Shown here: positions 1 to 11,932 of the stretch, piece by piece | Numbering within the stretch: position 1 is the first letter of the stretch | Layout of the letters: each line of letters starts with the position of its first letter | Source: Mycoplasma mycoides subsp. capri | Lineage (GTDB): Bacteria; Bacillota_I; Bacilli_A; Mycoplasmatales; Mycoplasmataceae | Reading direction: 5' to 3' | Length of the DNA: 32,000 nt | NCBI RefSeq assembly: GCF_018389705.1 | Contig: NZ_CP065581.1 | Span: 390,001-422,000, forward strand | Made by a program: the position numbers and the translations under genes | Notes under the pieces: generated by a model | Seen by the model: the letters and a program-made list of their open reading frames with translations, nothing else | The model's database searches: none | Told to the model about the DNA's origin: nothing

Positions 1-2126
1 CATCATCAAATGGAATAACTGATGCTGAATTAGCTCCAATTAATAATGCAATTAATGATGCAATAGTTTCAAATAGAGATAATAAATTAAAACCAAGTGA
101 AGAAAAAATCATTAAAGAAACTGAAAAGAAAATTGAAGAAAAAATAATAATACCACCTGCTAAAAAAGAAGAAAAAGTTGAAGCAGCAAAACCAATACCA
201 AAACCAGTAGTAAGAAAGCCTGAAACAAAAATAACTTCACCAAAAATAACCAGAAGAAAACAAACTATTACAATTGCTGGAATTGAAGTTGAAGCCGAAA
301 TTGAAGGCCCACCTGGATTTGTAACTCATCAAAGAGATAAAGACAGAAAAATATCAAATCCTACAAGACCTTATCAAAATCATTCAGTTAATAAAATTCT
401 TAGTGTAAAAGTAACAGAAGAATTGAAAAAACAAGTTGCAAAAGATGCTTTATCTGGTGGTAATGGTTATGATGAAGGTGCAGGATTATTTAACAATAGT
501 ATTTTTAATGTATTTAAAGAAGAATTTAATTCTGGTAAGGAATTAAATGATATTTTAAGTACTCTTGAATCAGTAGCACGTCAAAACTCTGGTGCTTTTC
601 AAAATACTTTAGAACGTTATAAAAAATTATTAGATTCACCAAATGTTATAAATTTCTTAAAACCTGAAGCACAAAAAGAATATCCAAAACTAAAATCTAA
701 ATTTCAAACTAAAAATCAAGAATACATTTGATTAATTGCTAATTTAGATCAATCTAAATTCACAAAAATAGCATCAACTTCAGAAAAATATTTAGAAAAA
801 GGACTAACAATTTCTCCAAGAAGTGCATTTATCAACGAAGCTGGTGAAATTGATTCTAATGGTTGAGGACCACCAGATGAATATAATACTGTAACTTCAA
901 GATTAAGAAGAGATAATTCTGAATATAGAGTCTTTGATTATGATGAATATTACAATAGATCATCAGATAGAATAGCAAATGGAACTTATCCAGGTTGAGT
1001 TAAAGAAGATGTTAGTGAAGCATATAGTAAAAAATATAATTTTAAAGCAAGTGATGGTATTAGATTTAGTAAATTAGAAAGAATAAATCCAAATCCAGCA
1101 AAAGGTAAACTTAACTCAGGATTAGTACTAGATTTAGATGTTTCAAATGATGAAGCTTATAGAAGATCTAAGGAATTAATAGAACAATTACAAAAAGATG
1201 GTGAGCAAATCACTTCTTATAGAATAAAAAATATGGGTGAGAAAAACTCTGATCAAGCGTTTAAAGATATACTAGCTGCACTTCCAAAAGACATTCAACA
1301 ATTAGAATTGTTCTTCTCAGATAAAGCAACAAATACAGCTAGTTTAATTGCTTTAGAAAATAAAAATATTAAAGAATTATCATTATACACTAGTGGAAAT
1401 TCATTAAAAAAAGCTTGATCATATAATCCATTAGCTTTAAGAAATACAACTTGAATCAATACAATTGATTATAATGTAAGTGCTGAATATTCTAGTTATG
1501 ACAAAATTACAACTAGAATTACTTTTAATACTTTAGCATTTGATCAAGAAGACTTTAAAAATGGCAGTTATGAAAGAATTAATGATGGATTAAGAATGGT
1601 ATATTATGCAAGAAATAATGAACCATTCTTCCAAGGTGGACACGGACCTGGATTAGAACCTGATAAAAAATTAGGACAAAATAGTTATCCAACAGGTTTA
1701 GACTTTTCAAGAGTTACAGGTATTAAATCATTAAAAGGACTAAGATTTGATGATGATTTAGATACTTCAAATGAACCAAGAAAAATTACTGAATTAACCT
1801 TATATAATAATGAATCTTACTTTGAAATTTCTTCTGATGAATTAAATGTAGCTAACTTAGAACATTTATCAACTGGAAAAGGAAATCCAGAAAAACCAAA
1901 AATTCATTTTAGTAATGGAAATAATACAACAAGCATAAAAATAACTGGAAAAACAAAATTAAACGATGAAGGAAAAAGAAATTTAGACAAATATCTAGAT
2001 TATAATGAAACACTTAAAAATTCAGGAAAGCAAATTCAAGTGCCAAATGATGCTACTGAATTAAGAGACCAGTTAAAAAACTGAGGATATAATGTTGTTA
2101 CTGCAACTGATCGAACATTTACATAG
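1..2126 (+). CDS. MIB-like mycoplasma immunoglobulin-binding protein, 3' part (5' end outside window)
   Basis: Frame 3 is open from base 3 to TAG 2124-2126 when TGA=Trp; joins supplied ORFs 423..731, 1233..1418, 1596..2084. Contains ..RRKQTITIAGIEVEAEIEGPPGFVTHQRD.. and lies directly upstream of a MIP-like protease, the usual MIB-MIP order. Confidence 0.82.
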
Positions 2127-2150
2127 TCAACAAAAAGGAATATACAACCT

Positions 2151-4732
2151 ATGAAAAGAATGAATAAATTATTGATGTATATATCATCATCAACACTTTT
2201 ACTCCCGATTACTTTATTAGTTGCTTGTACTACTTCTAAAGTAGTCTCTAAACCTATTGATGACAATGAATTTAATAAACTTATTAATTCTATAAAAACA
2301 GAAGATGATCTTTTAAAATATGCTGATATTAAATTTAAGGATCAAAGAGGTTCTGAAATAAGTAAGGGTAATATATTGCCATCACAATTAAAAAAAGAAG
2401 ACGTAAGTATAATCTTCAAGGGTAAATATAGTGGGCAAATTTTTACAGAAGTCTTAAATGTAAATGCTATTAACCAAGATTCTTCTTTAGGAAATAAAGT
2501 TAATATTTTTGTTCAGTTTACTAATAAGAAAACTGGAACAAAAATACCTACAAGTTTTATTATTAGTGGTCTAAATGAAAACGGTAACTTTGATTTTTCA
2601 GGAACTAGAATTGTAAATGACTTGGATTATTTTGGTGGTCTTAGCGGTTTTAATGATTATAGTAGTAAAACTCAAGAGCAACGATTTGATTATGATAATT
2701 CAAGATATATAACAGGATTAAAAAATCATTTATCAGGCGGAACAGGAACTGTTGACTTAAAAAAACTTAGAGGTTTAGATACAAAAGAAGAACAAATTAC
2801 AACGTTTGAAAATTAGCAAAAGAAGTTAAGTTCGATAGTTATTATAATGCTGCTTTAAAAGGGTTTACGCTACCAGTTTATGATAATTCAGGTAAATTTA
2901 CTGGTCTAAGTGTAAATGATGGACCAGAAATAGGAAAAATTGCTTCTCATGTAGATTCACTTGGGAGAACTGAAAAAGCTAAGACTAATGGTTTAGCTAG
3001 AACTATTCCAAATGATACTTATAGAACGGCTGCAATTCAAACATATCAAGTAAATTTCACAATTTATAAAGACTATGCTAAAGAAATTGAAGAGGCAGAA
3101 GATAGTATTCAATTATTTAGCAAATGAGATGAAAAACAAGTTAAAAGTTATATTTCTGCACAGCTAAATCAATTAAGATCAAACTTTGAAGATGAGGTAT
3201 CTCAAATAGAAAAAGAACTTTCCCAACCTTTAGAAGGTAGAACAACTATAGTAGAAAATCTTAAGAAGAGAAAATCTGAAATAACTGCTGAATATGAAAA
3301 AAATATAAAGGAAATATCATCGCTAAATAAGGATAGTCTTGTAGAATGACAAAAAAAAGAAATTGAAAAATATAAAAAGAAAAAAGAAGAGAAAATTTTT
3401 CAAACTTCTGAATCAGGAACAATGTGAATAATGGATTATATTGATATTAATAATCCAACTAAATTTTATTTTGGTACAAATTCACACGTTGCTAAAGGTA
3501 TAAAAGATGATATGGTTTCATTTTCTTTAACTAGATTAAATTCAGATATAAAAGTAGGCCAAACATTTGGATTAAATAGTGCTGATAAGAATTTTACAAA
3601 ATTTACTTTTGCACCTGCTAAAAAAGAAAATAAACTTAATGAGGCAGTAACAGCTATTTTTCATGCTACTGACTTTATAAAAAAAGAAAGTAGTCCACTT
3701 TCCTTACTTAAAGATGATCAAAAAACTAAGTATAGTGAAGCAGGCTTATTTGCAGATTTTGCAGTTGTTGAAATAGATTTTGAAAAACTTTTAGATACAA
3801 ATAATTTCTCACGTACAGTTTGAAGTGATTCTAGTGATATTTCAAGTAAATATCAAGATAATAAAAATGAATTAATAAAGACAATAACTAACGATTATGC
3901 AATGAGTGGTAAAAAAATTAGTTTTGCATCAGAATCTTTATTAGATGATAAAAATTACAAAAAATTTGATAGAAAACTTGATTTTAATCCTGAAAATTCA
4001 GATGAACTAAAAGCATATAGAGATTTAGATAGTCTATATATTGTAGGTTATCCAACTTCAAATGAAGATTATTATTTAGATCAATACGAAGATGAAAAAC
4101 AACTAAAAAATAAAAAATATGATTTTTCTTTATGAATTAATAATGAATATAAATATTATAAAAAATTAGTTAATGGGGAAGGAACTTCAAGCTCATTCAA
4201 AGATTATGAATTAGAAAAAGGAAACTTTTTCTCTTATCAAATCGGATATAGATCATTTATTGATAAACCTGGACTAACTGATGCATTTTTAGCAGCTAAT
4301 AAAGTTGGCAAAAAATTATATTTTTTAGATGAGCAAAACAAAGGTAAAGCTAAGAAATACTTTAATTATGGTTTAGAAATATTACCAAGATTTTATGCAC
4401 CAGCTGGTGGGGCTAGTGGATCAAGTGTTAGAACAAAAGACAATAAATTATTAGCTGTATACCATGCAGCTAATGGATCAGCTAAAACTGGTTTAGCAGC
4501 TGTATTTAGATCTAATGGTTATGACTATAAAAATCTATTTGGTTCATATAAATTGGGGCAATACGACTTAATTTATGGTGGTGGAAAAGATCAAGAAAAA
4601 GGTAAATCCTATAGAGAAGCCTTATTAAAGAAATATAATAATAGTAGTATGAAAAGTGCATTATTCCCTAGTGGTTTCGATGAAAAACATATTCCTAGTG
4701 AATTTAAATTTGATCACAACAAACAAAAATAA
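2151..4732 (+). pseudogene. MIP-like mycoplasma immunoglobulin protease (DUF31-type serine protease lipoprotein), interrupted by one frameshift
   Basis: ATG 2151 in frame 3, lipoprotein signal ..LLPITLLVAC..; stop TAG 2814-2816. Homologous sequence continues in frame 2 from about 2813 (LAKEVKFDSYYNAALKGF..) to TAA 4730-4732. Protease-like motifs TNSHVAKG (about 3476-3496), DFAVVEIDF and GGASGSS (4406-4426). Labelled pseudogene only because of the frameshift; may be functional if this is a sequence error or recoding site. Confidence 0.75.
2808..2816 (+). other. Apparent -1 frameshift site in MIP-like gene (GAAAATTAG)
   Basis: Frame 3 reads ITTFEN*; adding one A to the AAAA run gives ITTFEKLAKEVKFDSYYNAA, joining the two open frames. 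Confidence 0.8.
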
Positions 4733-4762
4733 AACTTTCATCTATTCAAGGAGACAAGATAA

Positions 4763-6226
4763 ATGATTTCTTTAAAAGTTGAACAACAAAAATTTTATGA
4801 TGATGGTTCAAACTTAATACTAGAAACAAAAAAGAATAAAATAGTATCTATTTATAAAACTATTGTTCTTTCATTCTTTTTTGTATCAATGTCATTGTTA
4901 CTATTTTTATCAAATTATTCAATCTTTAATAAAAATATAGAAAATTCATACCAATTTTTATTTAATTTTTCTCAACCAGCATTTGAACAATATAACTGAG
5001 TAGTACTTTTTAGAATTTGTTTATTAGGATTTTTATATTTTTATGGATTAAAAAAAGCTTATATAAATATAGAACCAAATAAACCATATTTAAAACAATA
5101 CACGATTTGATTTAGTTTATATTTAATAACTAGTATTTCTGCATTTATATTATTTTTTACTTATTCACCACTAGAAGCACAAAATATAATTAATCTAATT
5201 TATAGTTTAATCGGTTTATTATTAATAGATATTTCTTATGTGTTATTTAAATATAAAACAAGAAAAAAACTAAACCCATTAGTATATCAAAATAAATGAA
5301 GTTTAATTGTTGATTTAATTAGTAGAACAATTTTAGTTAGTTTAGTTTTAGCTATTTTTCTAGTTTGAATAAATCAAGGTGGAACAACTTATGAAATGCT
5401 AGCTAATAATAAGTTTTATGAATATGTATTAAACTTATTTGGAATTAAAAGCTTTTTAAACTTTTTAATTATTATTACTAGTTTTATATTTATTGGTTTA
5501 TTGTTTATTGGATTAAATATTTATACTATTTTAAAAATAGTTTATAAACAATTTAGTTTTGAAATTATTAGAGATAAGTTGAATTTTTATTTAACTGGAG
5601 TAATTGTTGTATTTATTTGATTAATAAGTTTAGTGTTTTTAAAAATACCATCAACTCATGAAGTATTTGTAAAAAATGATAACTTAGAATATTTATACTT
5701 ATTATTTTCTTTATTAAACATTATTATTACTATTGTTTATTTATGATTTAAACAATTTAAAAATAGATTAAATAGTCCTTTAATTAAAATCAGTTATTTA
5801 ACTATTTTTCATTTTATTATTTGAACTGTATTTATGGTTGCTAGTTTTTTAACAACAAGTTCAACTGTAAGTATGATTAATTTATTAATTACTATTGTTT
5901 TAGTTGCTATTAGTTATTATTGACATATTAAATCATCAAGATTTAACAACTATTATAATTACTTATTAATTACTTTAAATGTAATAATGATTTTTATAAT
6001 AAGTTTAGTATTTGGATTTAATCAAATATTACTATCACATAATAATAAAAATTTATTTATTATTCCTTTAAAAGCTAATTTATTACAAATTATAAGTATT
6101 TTTATAGTAGCATTTCAAATTATTAATGTAATTTATCCATTAACTTATATGTTAATTACAAGTATTAAAATTTCTAAAACTTTTAAAAAGGAGCTAAATC
6201 ATGAAACACAAAAACAAACAAACTAG
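4763..6226 (+). CDS. Multi-pass membrane protein of the F1-like X0 ATPase cluster (putative X0 component)
   Basis: ATG 4763 after AAGGAGA; open in frame 2 to TAA 6224-6226 with TGA=Trp; joins ORFs 4763..4999, 5396..5620, 5987..6226. Many hydrophobic segments. Confidence 0.8.
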
Positions 6227-6695
6227 CGATCAATCTTTTATGGTTTTTGATTTATATGAAAAAATAGTTAATGCTAATAATTACATTGATTATCAAAAAC
6301 TACTAGCAACAGTATTATTAGAAAATCAAATCGGATTTGATTCAAAAGTTTATAAAGAATTTGAAAACTCTTATTTACTAGCTTTTAAAAATCATTTTGA
6401 TATTGTTTTAAATGATTTTGTAATTACTTTTAATGTTAATTTAAAAATTAGTAGTGATTTATTAGTACCAATGTTAAGTGAAACTGAAAGTAGTAATACT
6501 GAAGCAATTAATTTAAAAACAAGTAATAATGAACAATATCAAAAGTTTTTAACTACTTATAATAACTATTTTATTTCACTAATTAAACAAGGTTTTTGTG
6601 TTGAAATTTTTCCAAATGTTATTTTATTTAAATCAAAAAACACAGATCATTTAAAAATAATATTTGATAAAACTAAAGTTTTAACTAGAGGTTAA
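6201..6695 (+). CDS. Conserved hypothetical protein of the F1-like X0 ATPase cluster
   Basis: Intact 164 aa ORF overlapping the previous gene by 26 bp, with a following gene starting at 6697; position in cluster. Confidence 0.72.
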   Translation: MKHKNKQTSDQSFMVFDLYEKIVNANNYIDYQKLLATVLLENQIGFDSKVYKEFENSYLLAFKNHFDIVLNDFVITFNVNLKISSDLLVPMLSETESSNTEAINLKTSNNEQYQKFLTTYNNYFISLIKQGFCVEIFPNVILFKSKNTDHLKIIFDKTKVLTRG

Positions 6696-6696
6696 T

Positions 6697-7608
6697 ATGG
6701 ATTTAAAAAAAGTAGAAACCAAGTTAAACAACTTAAAAACTATTCAACAAAGATTAAGTAATGAAAAAAACATTTTATTAATAGATATGATTAAACAAAA
6801 TGCCTTATTAAATTATTATGTTAAAAATGCTTTGTGAAATCAAAACATTATTTCATTACTACAAAATGAATATAAAATTAAAAATAATTTGATTAGTGAG
6901 ATAAAAATTAGTAAAAATAAACTAATTAATAAATTAAAAGACTTTATTTCTCAACCAAAAGAACTTTGAATTTATTTAACTGAAGAACAAAAATACTCAA
7001 CTGATTCTTATTCAAGATATGAAAATCATATTTTAAATAGTATTAAAAAAAATAATGCTGATTTTATTGTTATTGGAGATCGTGCTAAACAGTTTTGTAG
7101 TGATAATAAATTAAATGTCATTTATAATGTTGATCAAAAACAAGCGATTTCAAAACTTTCATGAACACTAACTTTAATTATTAAATTCTTATTTTCTCAA
7201 TATAATTATAAAAGTTTACGCTTTGTAATTAATTCTAATAAAAATAAAGATAATAGTTTTACTATTCTTCCACTAACTAAATTTAATGTAAATAGTTTAA
7301 GTGAAACTGAAACTAAATTTGATTTAGATCATATTAAAGAATTTAAAATCTTTCCAGATATAAATAATTATATTCAAACTCAAATTGATAATTATATAGA
7401 AAATTCAATTCAATCTTTATTAGTTGAATCTTCATTTTATAAAACTAAAAATGAATTAATTAAAACTAATAAAACTATTAATGAAGTAGATGAAGAAATT
7501 AAAAAGCTAAATAAAAAGATTATTAGAATCAAACGTGAAAAAGAAATTGAAGAAATTGTTTTACTAACAAGTAATAATAAGAAATTTTTAATCAGGAGAG
7601 ATCAATAA
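6697..7608 (+). CDS. F1-like ATPase gamma-like subunit
   Basis: ATG 6697, open in frame 1 to TAA 7606-7608 with several TGA=Trp. Encodes MDLKKVETKLNNLKTIQQRLSNEKNILLIDMIKQNALL.. ending ..LLTSNNKKFLIRRDQ; coiled N- and C-terminal helices and cluster position suit a gamma-like subunit. Missed by the ORF track. Confidence 0.6.
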
Positions 7609-8051
7609 TGGCTTTTAGTGTTGAAATTAATTTTATTGAAAATAAACAAACTATTAATTTTAATAAAGCAATTGTTTATTTTAATGCTGATGAAGAAAAT
7701 GAATGAATTTCATTAACTAATAATTCAATATTAGGATATGAAATTATGTTATTAAAAATTTTAGATCTATCTAATAATCAAGAAAAATATTTATTTGCAA
7801 ACAATGTTAATATTATGGTTAAAAATAATCATATTGTAATTAATACTTTTTCAAAACAAAACTTTTTAGTTAAATCAAATCGTAAAAAAATTTATCAAGA
7901 TCAGTTAAAAGAATTACATAAACAAATTAGTATTTTACAAGCAAATCAAACAATTGGTTTAACAATTGATTCATTATTAGAATTAAAAAAATTAAAAAAT
8001 AAATATTATGTTTTAAAGTTAAAAAATCTATTACAGCTAAAAGGAGAATAA
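7608..8051 (+). CDS. F1-like ATPase epsilon-like subunit (putative)
   Basis: ATG 7608 overlaps previous stop (TAATG); 147 aa MAFSVEINFIENKQTINFNKAIVYFNADEENEWIS.. to TAA 8049-8051. Assignment mostly from size, N-terminal beta-like/C-terminal helical character and position. Confidence 0.5.
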
Positions 8052-8052
8052 T

Positions 8053-10380
8053 ATGAAAAAAAATAAATTATTATCTAAATCATATAAAATAGCTATTCTT
8101 CTTTTAACAGCTACTAGTAGTTTAAGTTTAGCTGCACTAATTAAAAACACTCATCATAATAACAATAATATTGTTTTAAAATTGTATCAAGATGGAAATG
8201 GTGGATCAGGTGGAAGTGGTGGTTCAGGAGCAGTATCAGGTGGAGCTGGATCAAATGGTGGTTCAGGCACAAGTGGTTCAAGTGGAACTAGTGGAACTGG
8301 TGCTAATAGCGGTGGTTCAACCGCGTCAGAATCGCCATTAACGCCGAAAATAGCAGCTGAATTTGATACCTTTAAAGATAAAGCTAAAAAAAAGATTGAG
8401 GAAACTGCAAAACAAGTTTACAAAAGAATAACAACTATTTTAGAAGAAGAATTAAAAAAACTTCCTGATTTAAATAAAAGCACTAAGAAACCTGATGAAT
8501 ATTTTAAAAATTTACAAAAAAGAGTTTATTTAACTGAACTAAAGAAATATTTTGGTAAAGAAGAAGAATTTACTAAGGATATTTCTAAATATGGATTTGA
8601 CGTTACATTTCCAAATGTTATAGCAAATGATAGAAAAGTTGATACTGCTATAGTTAAATTTAATGGTAAAACATACAATAATATTAAAATATCTCCAAGC
8701 GATGAGACAAGAGACTACACAAAAGTAGTAGAAAAAAATGAAAATAATGGTGTTGAAAAAAATAAAAAAGAACAAGATAATGTTGTAACTAGTCATAGAT
8801 TTGATGCTTTATTAAATAATTATGCACAAAGCTGATTAGGTAAACTAAAAGACATTATCTATAAAGAAGATCAAGATCTTCCAGAATTTGGAAAAGATAT
8901 ATTTTTTGATAAATATAAACCTGGCAGTTCAGACTCTTCAACAGATTCATCAAATAATACAACTGTAGTTGATGGTTATACTGTTAAATTAGATCAAAAA
9001 CATAAAGATTGAAACAGTTACATTAAAACCAAAGTTAAAAATAGATTTGTTGATTTTGATTTAAATCAAAATCAAAGTTTTCAGTTTAATACTCAATCAA
9101 GTAATTCAAGTAAACCAACACCACCAAATATTCCTGATCTAAACAAAAAACCACTAGATCCAACTGAAAAAAGAGATCAAAATTCAGTTGAGTACGCTGA
9201 ACAACTTCCTAGATTACAACCAATTTTAAAATGACAATATGCTGATCATAGTAAAGACAGCATACAAAATTCATTTAATTCATCTAATGAAGAAAAAAAT
9301 CCAATGTTTTTCTTTATTAACCCAATTAATACTAGATTTAAATATCATGTAACTTCACTAAGTAATGGTAGAGCTACTGTTAAAATTAAAGATCAAGTTA
9401 AAGATGTTGAAAGAACTTATTATTCTTCAGATATAACTTATGGTGCTGATCCTAGATTTACATTTATTTTAGAAAATCTAACTAAAAAAATTGAAGCTAA
9501 ATTTTTACAACTTTATAAAGCTTTATTATTAGATGAAAAAATTAATTATGTTGAATTAAATAATGATCATTTACAAACAAGTTTATTTGGATTAGTAAAT
9601 CTAGCTACTAGAATAGTTAGTGATTCAAAATATTTAACTGATGTTTTATATAATATAGCAACAAATAAATATCAGTCACTTAGCGATATTTCTAGTGATG
9701 ATGATTATGCTGGATGAATTAATAGAGTTTCAAATCAAGCATTTGCAAGACTATTACATGCAATTAGTGCTTCACAATTAAATAATCAAAATAATCCTTG
9801 AAGTGTTTTAACTGGTGGGTTTAAAAGTGTTCAAGAAATCTATCAAGAACTAGCTAGAGTAACTGATACTAGAAAACAAATTATTAAAAAAGCTAATGAC
9901 TATAATGTTGATTTAAGTCATTTAGATCAAATATATGATTATTTAGATACTTCTATATTAAAAGCTCAAACCAGTGCAAATCAAATTGGAAAAGCTTTAA
10001 ACATTTTAAGTTGATATGATAATTTTACAAATCATGTTAAAGATACATCTGAACATTCAGCTTTATTAAAAGTTTTAACTGATACTTCAGATATTAAAAG
10101 TGATGAGAAAAAAGTACAAGAATTCCAACAAACTTATCAAAAAGCTATTCAAAAACTAGAAGAAAATAACAGAGAAAAGAAAAAACCTTTAATAATTGTT
10201 AGTTCATTATTTTTAGTAATTTCATTATTGTTCATTATAGCAAACACTCTGATATTCTTAATTAAAACTAAACGTAGTAAAAATAAAAATGCTAAATTAA
10301 CATTTATTATTTCAACTACAATTTCAACAATTATTACTATATCTTCAATTATTTTATTAATAATAGGATTGAAAGGATAA
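8053..10380 (+). CDS. Large membrane-anchored protein of the F1-like X0 ATPase cluster
   Basis: ATG 8053, open in frame 1 to TAA 10378-10380 (775 aa) with TGA=Trp. N-terminal hydrophobic segment, Gly/Ser-rich linker, two hydrophobic C-terminal segments (PLIIVSSLFLVISLLFIIANTLIFLI; LTFIISTTISTIITISSIILLIIG). Confidence 0.75.
8191..8335 (+). repeat. Low-complexity Gly/Ser-rich coding segment
   Basis: Encodes DGNGGSGGSGGSGAVSGGAGSNGGSGTSGSSGTSGTGANSGGSTASES from repeated ggtggatca/ggttca/agtgga units. Confidence 0.85.
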
Positions 10381-10384
10381 AACG

Positions 10385-11932
10385 ATGAATATAAAAACAA
10401 ATAGCAAACATACATCACCTAAGATTAGTGCAATCTATGATTATATTGTTGAAGTTAAGGGTGAGTTTGACTATAAACAACAACAAATTTTTACTTCTAA
10501 AAAAAATAAAGAGGCAAGATTATTTTTAATTAGTGCTACAAGTGATACTGCTTATTTATTAGCTAATTTACAAGCTTTAAAACTAACTATTAATGATGAA
10601 TTAGAATTATTAGATAATACTAATGAGATATTTACTTCAAATGAATATTTTGGAAAAGTAATTGATATTTATGGAAATATCATTTTACCTGAACCAAAAA
10701 CTGTTGTTAAAAAAGCTGAAGATATTTCAAGTGAAGTTTTTAAATTAAGTCATGATTTAATGAAAGTTCAAAGATTAAATGAACAATTATATACTGGTTT
10801 AGCTGCTATTGATTTATTAATTCCAATTGGTAAAGGACAACGTGAGTTAATTGTTGGAGATAGACAAACTGGAAAAACTCATATAGCTTTAAATACTATT
10901 ATTAACCAATCTGCTAGAAATATTAAATGTGTTTATGTTGCTATTGGTCAAAAAAAAGAAAGCATTTCAAGAATTTATAATATTTTAGCTCAACATGATG
11001 CTTTAAAAAACACAATTATATTAGATGCTCCAGCTAATAGTAGTTATGAACAATATTTAGCTCCATATATTGGAATGACTCATGCTGAAAATATTTCAAA
11101 TACTGATGATGTTTTAATTATTTTTGATGATCTAACTAAGCATGCAAACATTTTTAGAGAAATTGCTTTATTAAGTAATCGTCCTGTTGGAAAAGAAGCT
11201 ATGCCTGGTGATATGTTTTTTGCTCATTCTCAATTACTAGAACGTGCTGGATCTTATAAAAATAAAAAAACTATTACAGCATTACCAATTATTCAAACTA
11301 TTGATAATGATATTACTAGTTTAATTGCATCAAATGTAATTTCTATTACTGATGGTCAAATTGTTACAAGTAGTAAATTATTTTCACAAGGTATTCTACC
11401 TGCTGTTGATATTGATTTTTCAGTTTCAAGAACTGGTGGAAGTGTACAAGATAAAACTATTAGACAAATTGCTGGTCAAATTAATAAAACATATAGAAAA
11501 TATAAAAGACAATTGAAATTATCAATGTTAGATTATAACTTAAATAGTGAGACTGCTGATTTAATGTATAAAGGTAAAATGATTGATAAATTATTTACTT
11601 CAAAAGGATTTAGTATATTTTCATATAACTTTATTTTAATGATGACTAAAATTATTAATTGATCACTAATTAAAGATATTAAAGATGAACAAAAAGCTTT
11701 AAAATTTATTGATGAATTAATTAATAAATCAGTTGATGGTAAAAAACAATTTGAAATCATTAAATCAGGTAATAATTATGATGATAAAATGATGAAAAAT
11801 TATTTCTTATTTGCTTTAAAAGAATACTCTGATTATGTTGGATTAAATTGAGAAATTGATAATGAATATGACTTCTTATCACTAGATCAGTCATTTTTAG
11901 AAAAAACTGCTAAAAAATTAGGAGATAAATAA
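10385..11932 (+). CDS. F1-like ATPase alpha-like subunit
   Basis: ATG 10385; ORF 10385..11662 extends through TGA=Trp to TAA 11930-11932. P-loop GDRQTGKT, GQKKESIS, and SVSRTGGSVQDKTIRQIAGQI similar to the AtpA C-terminal part of the catalytic core. Confidence 0.9.
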
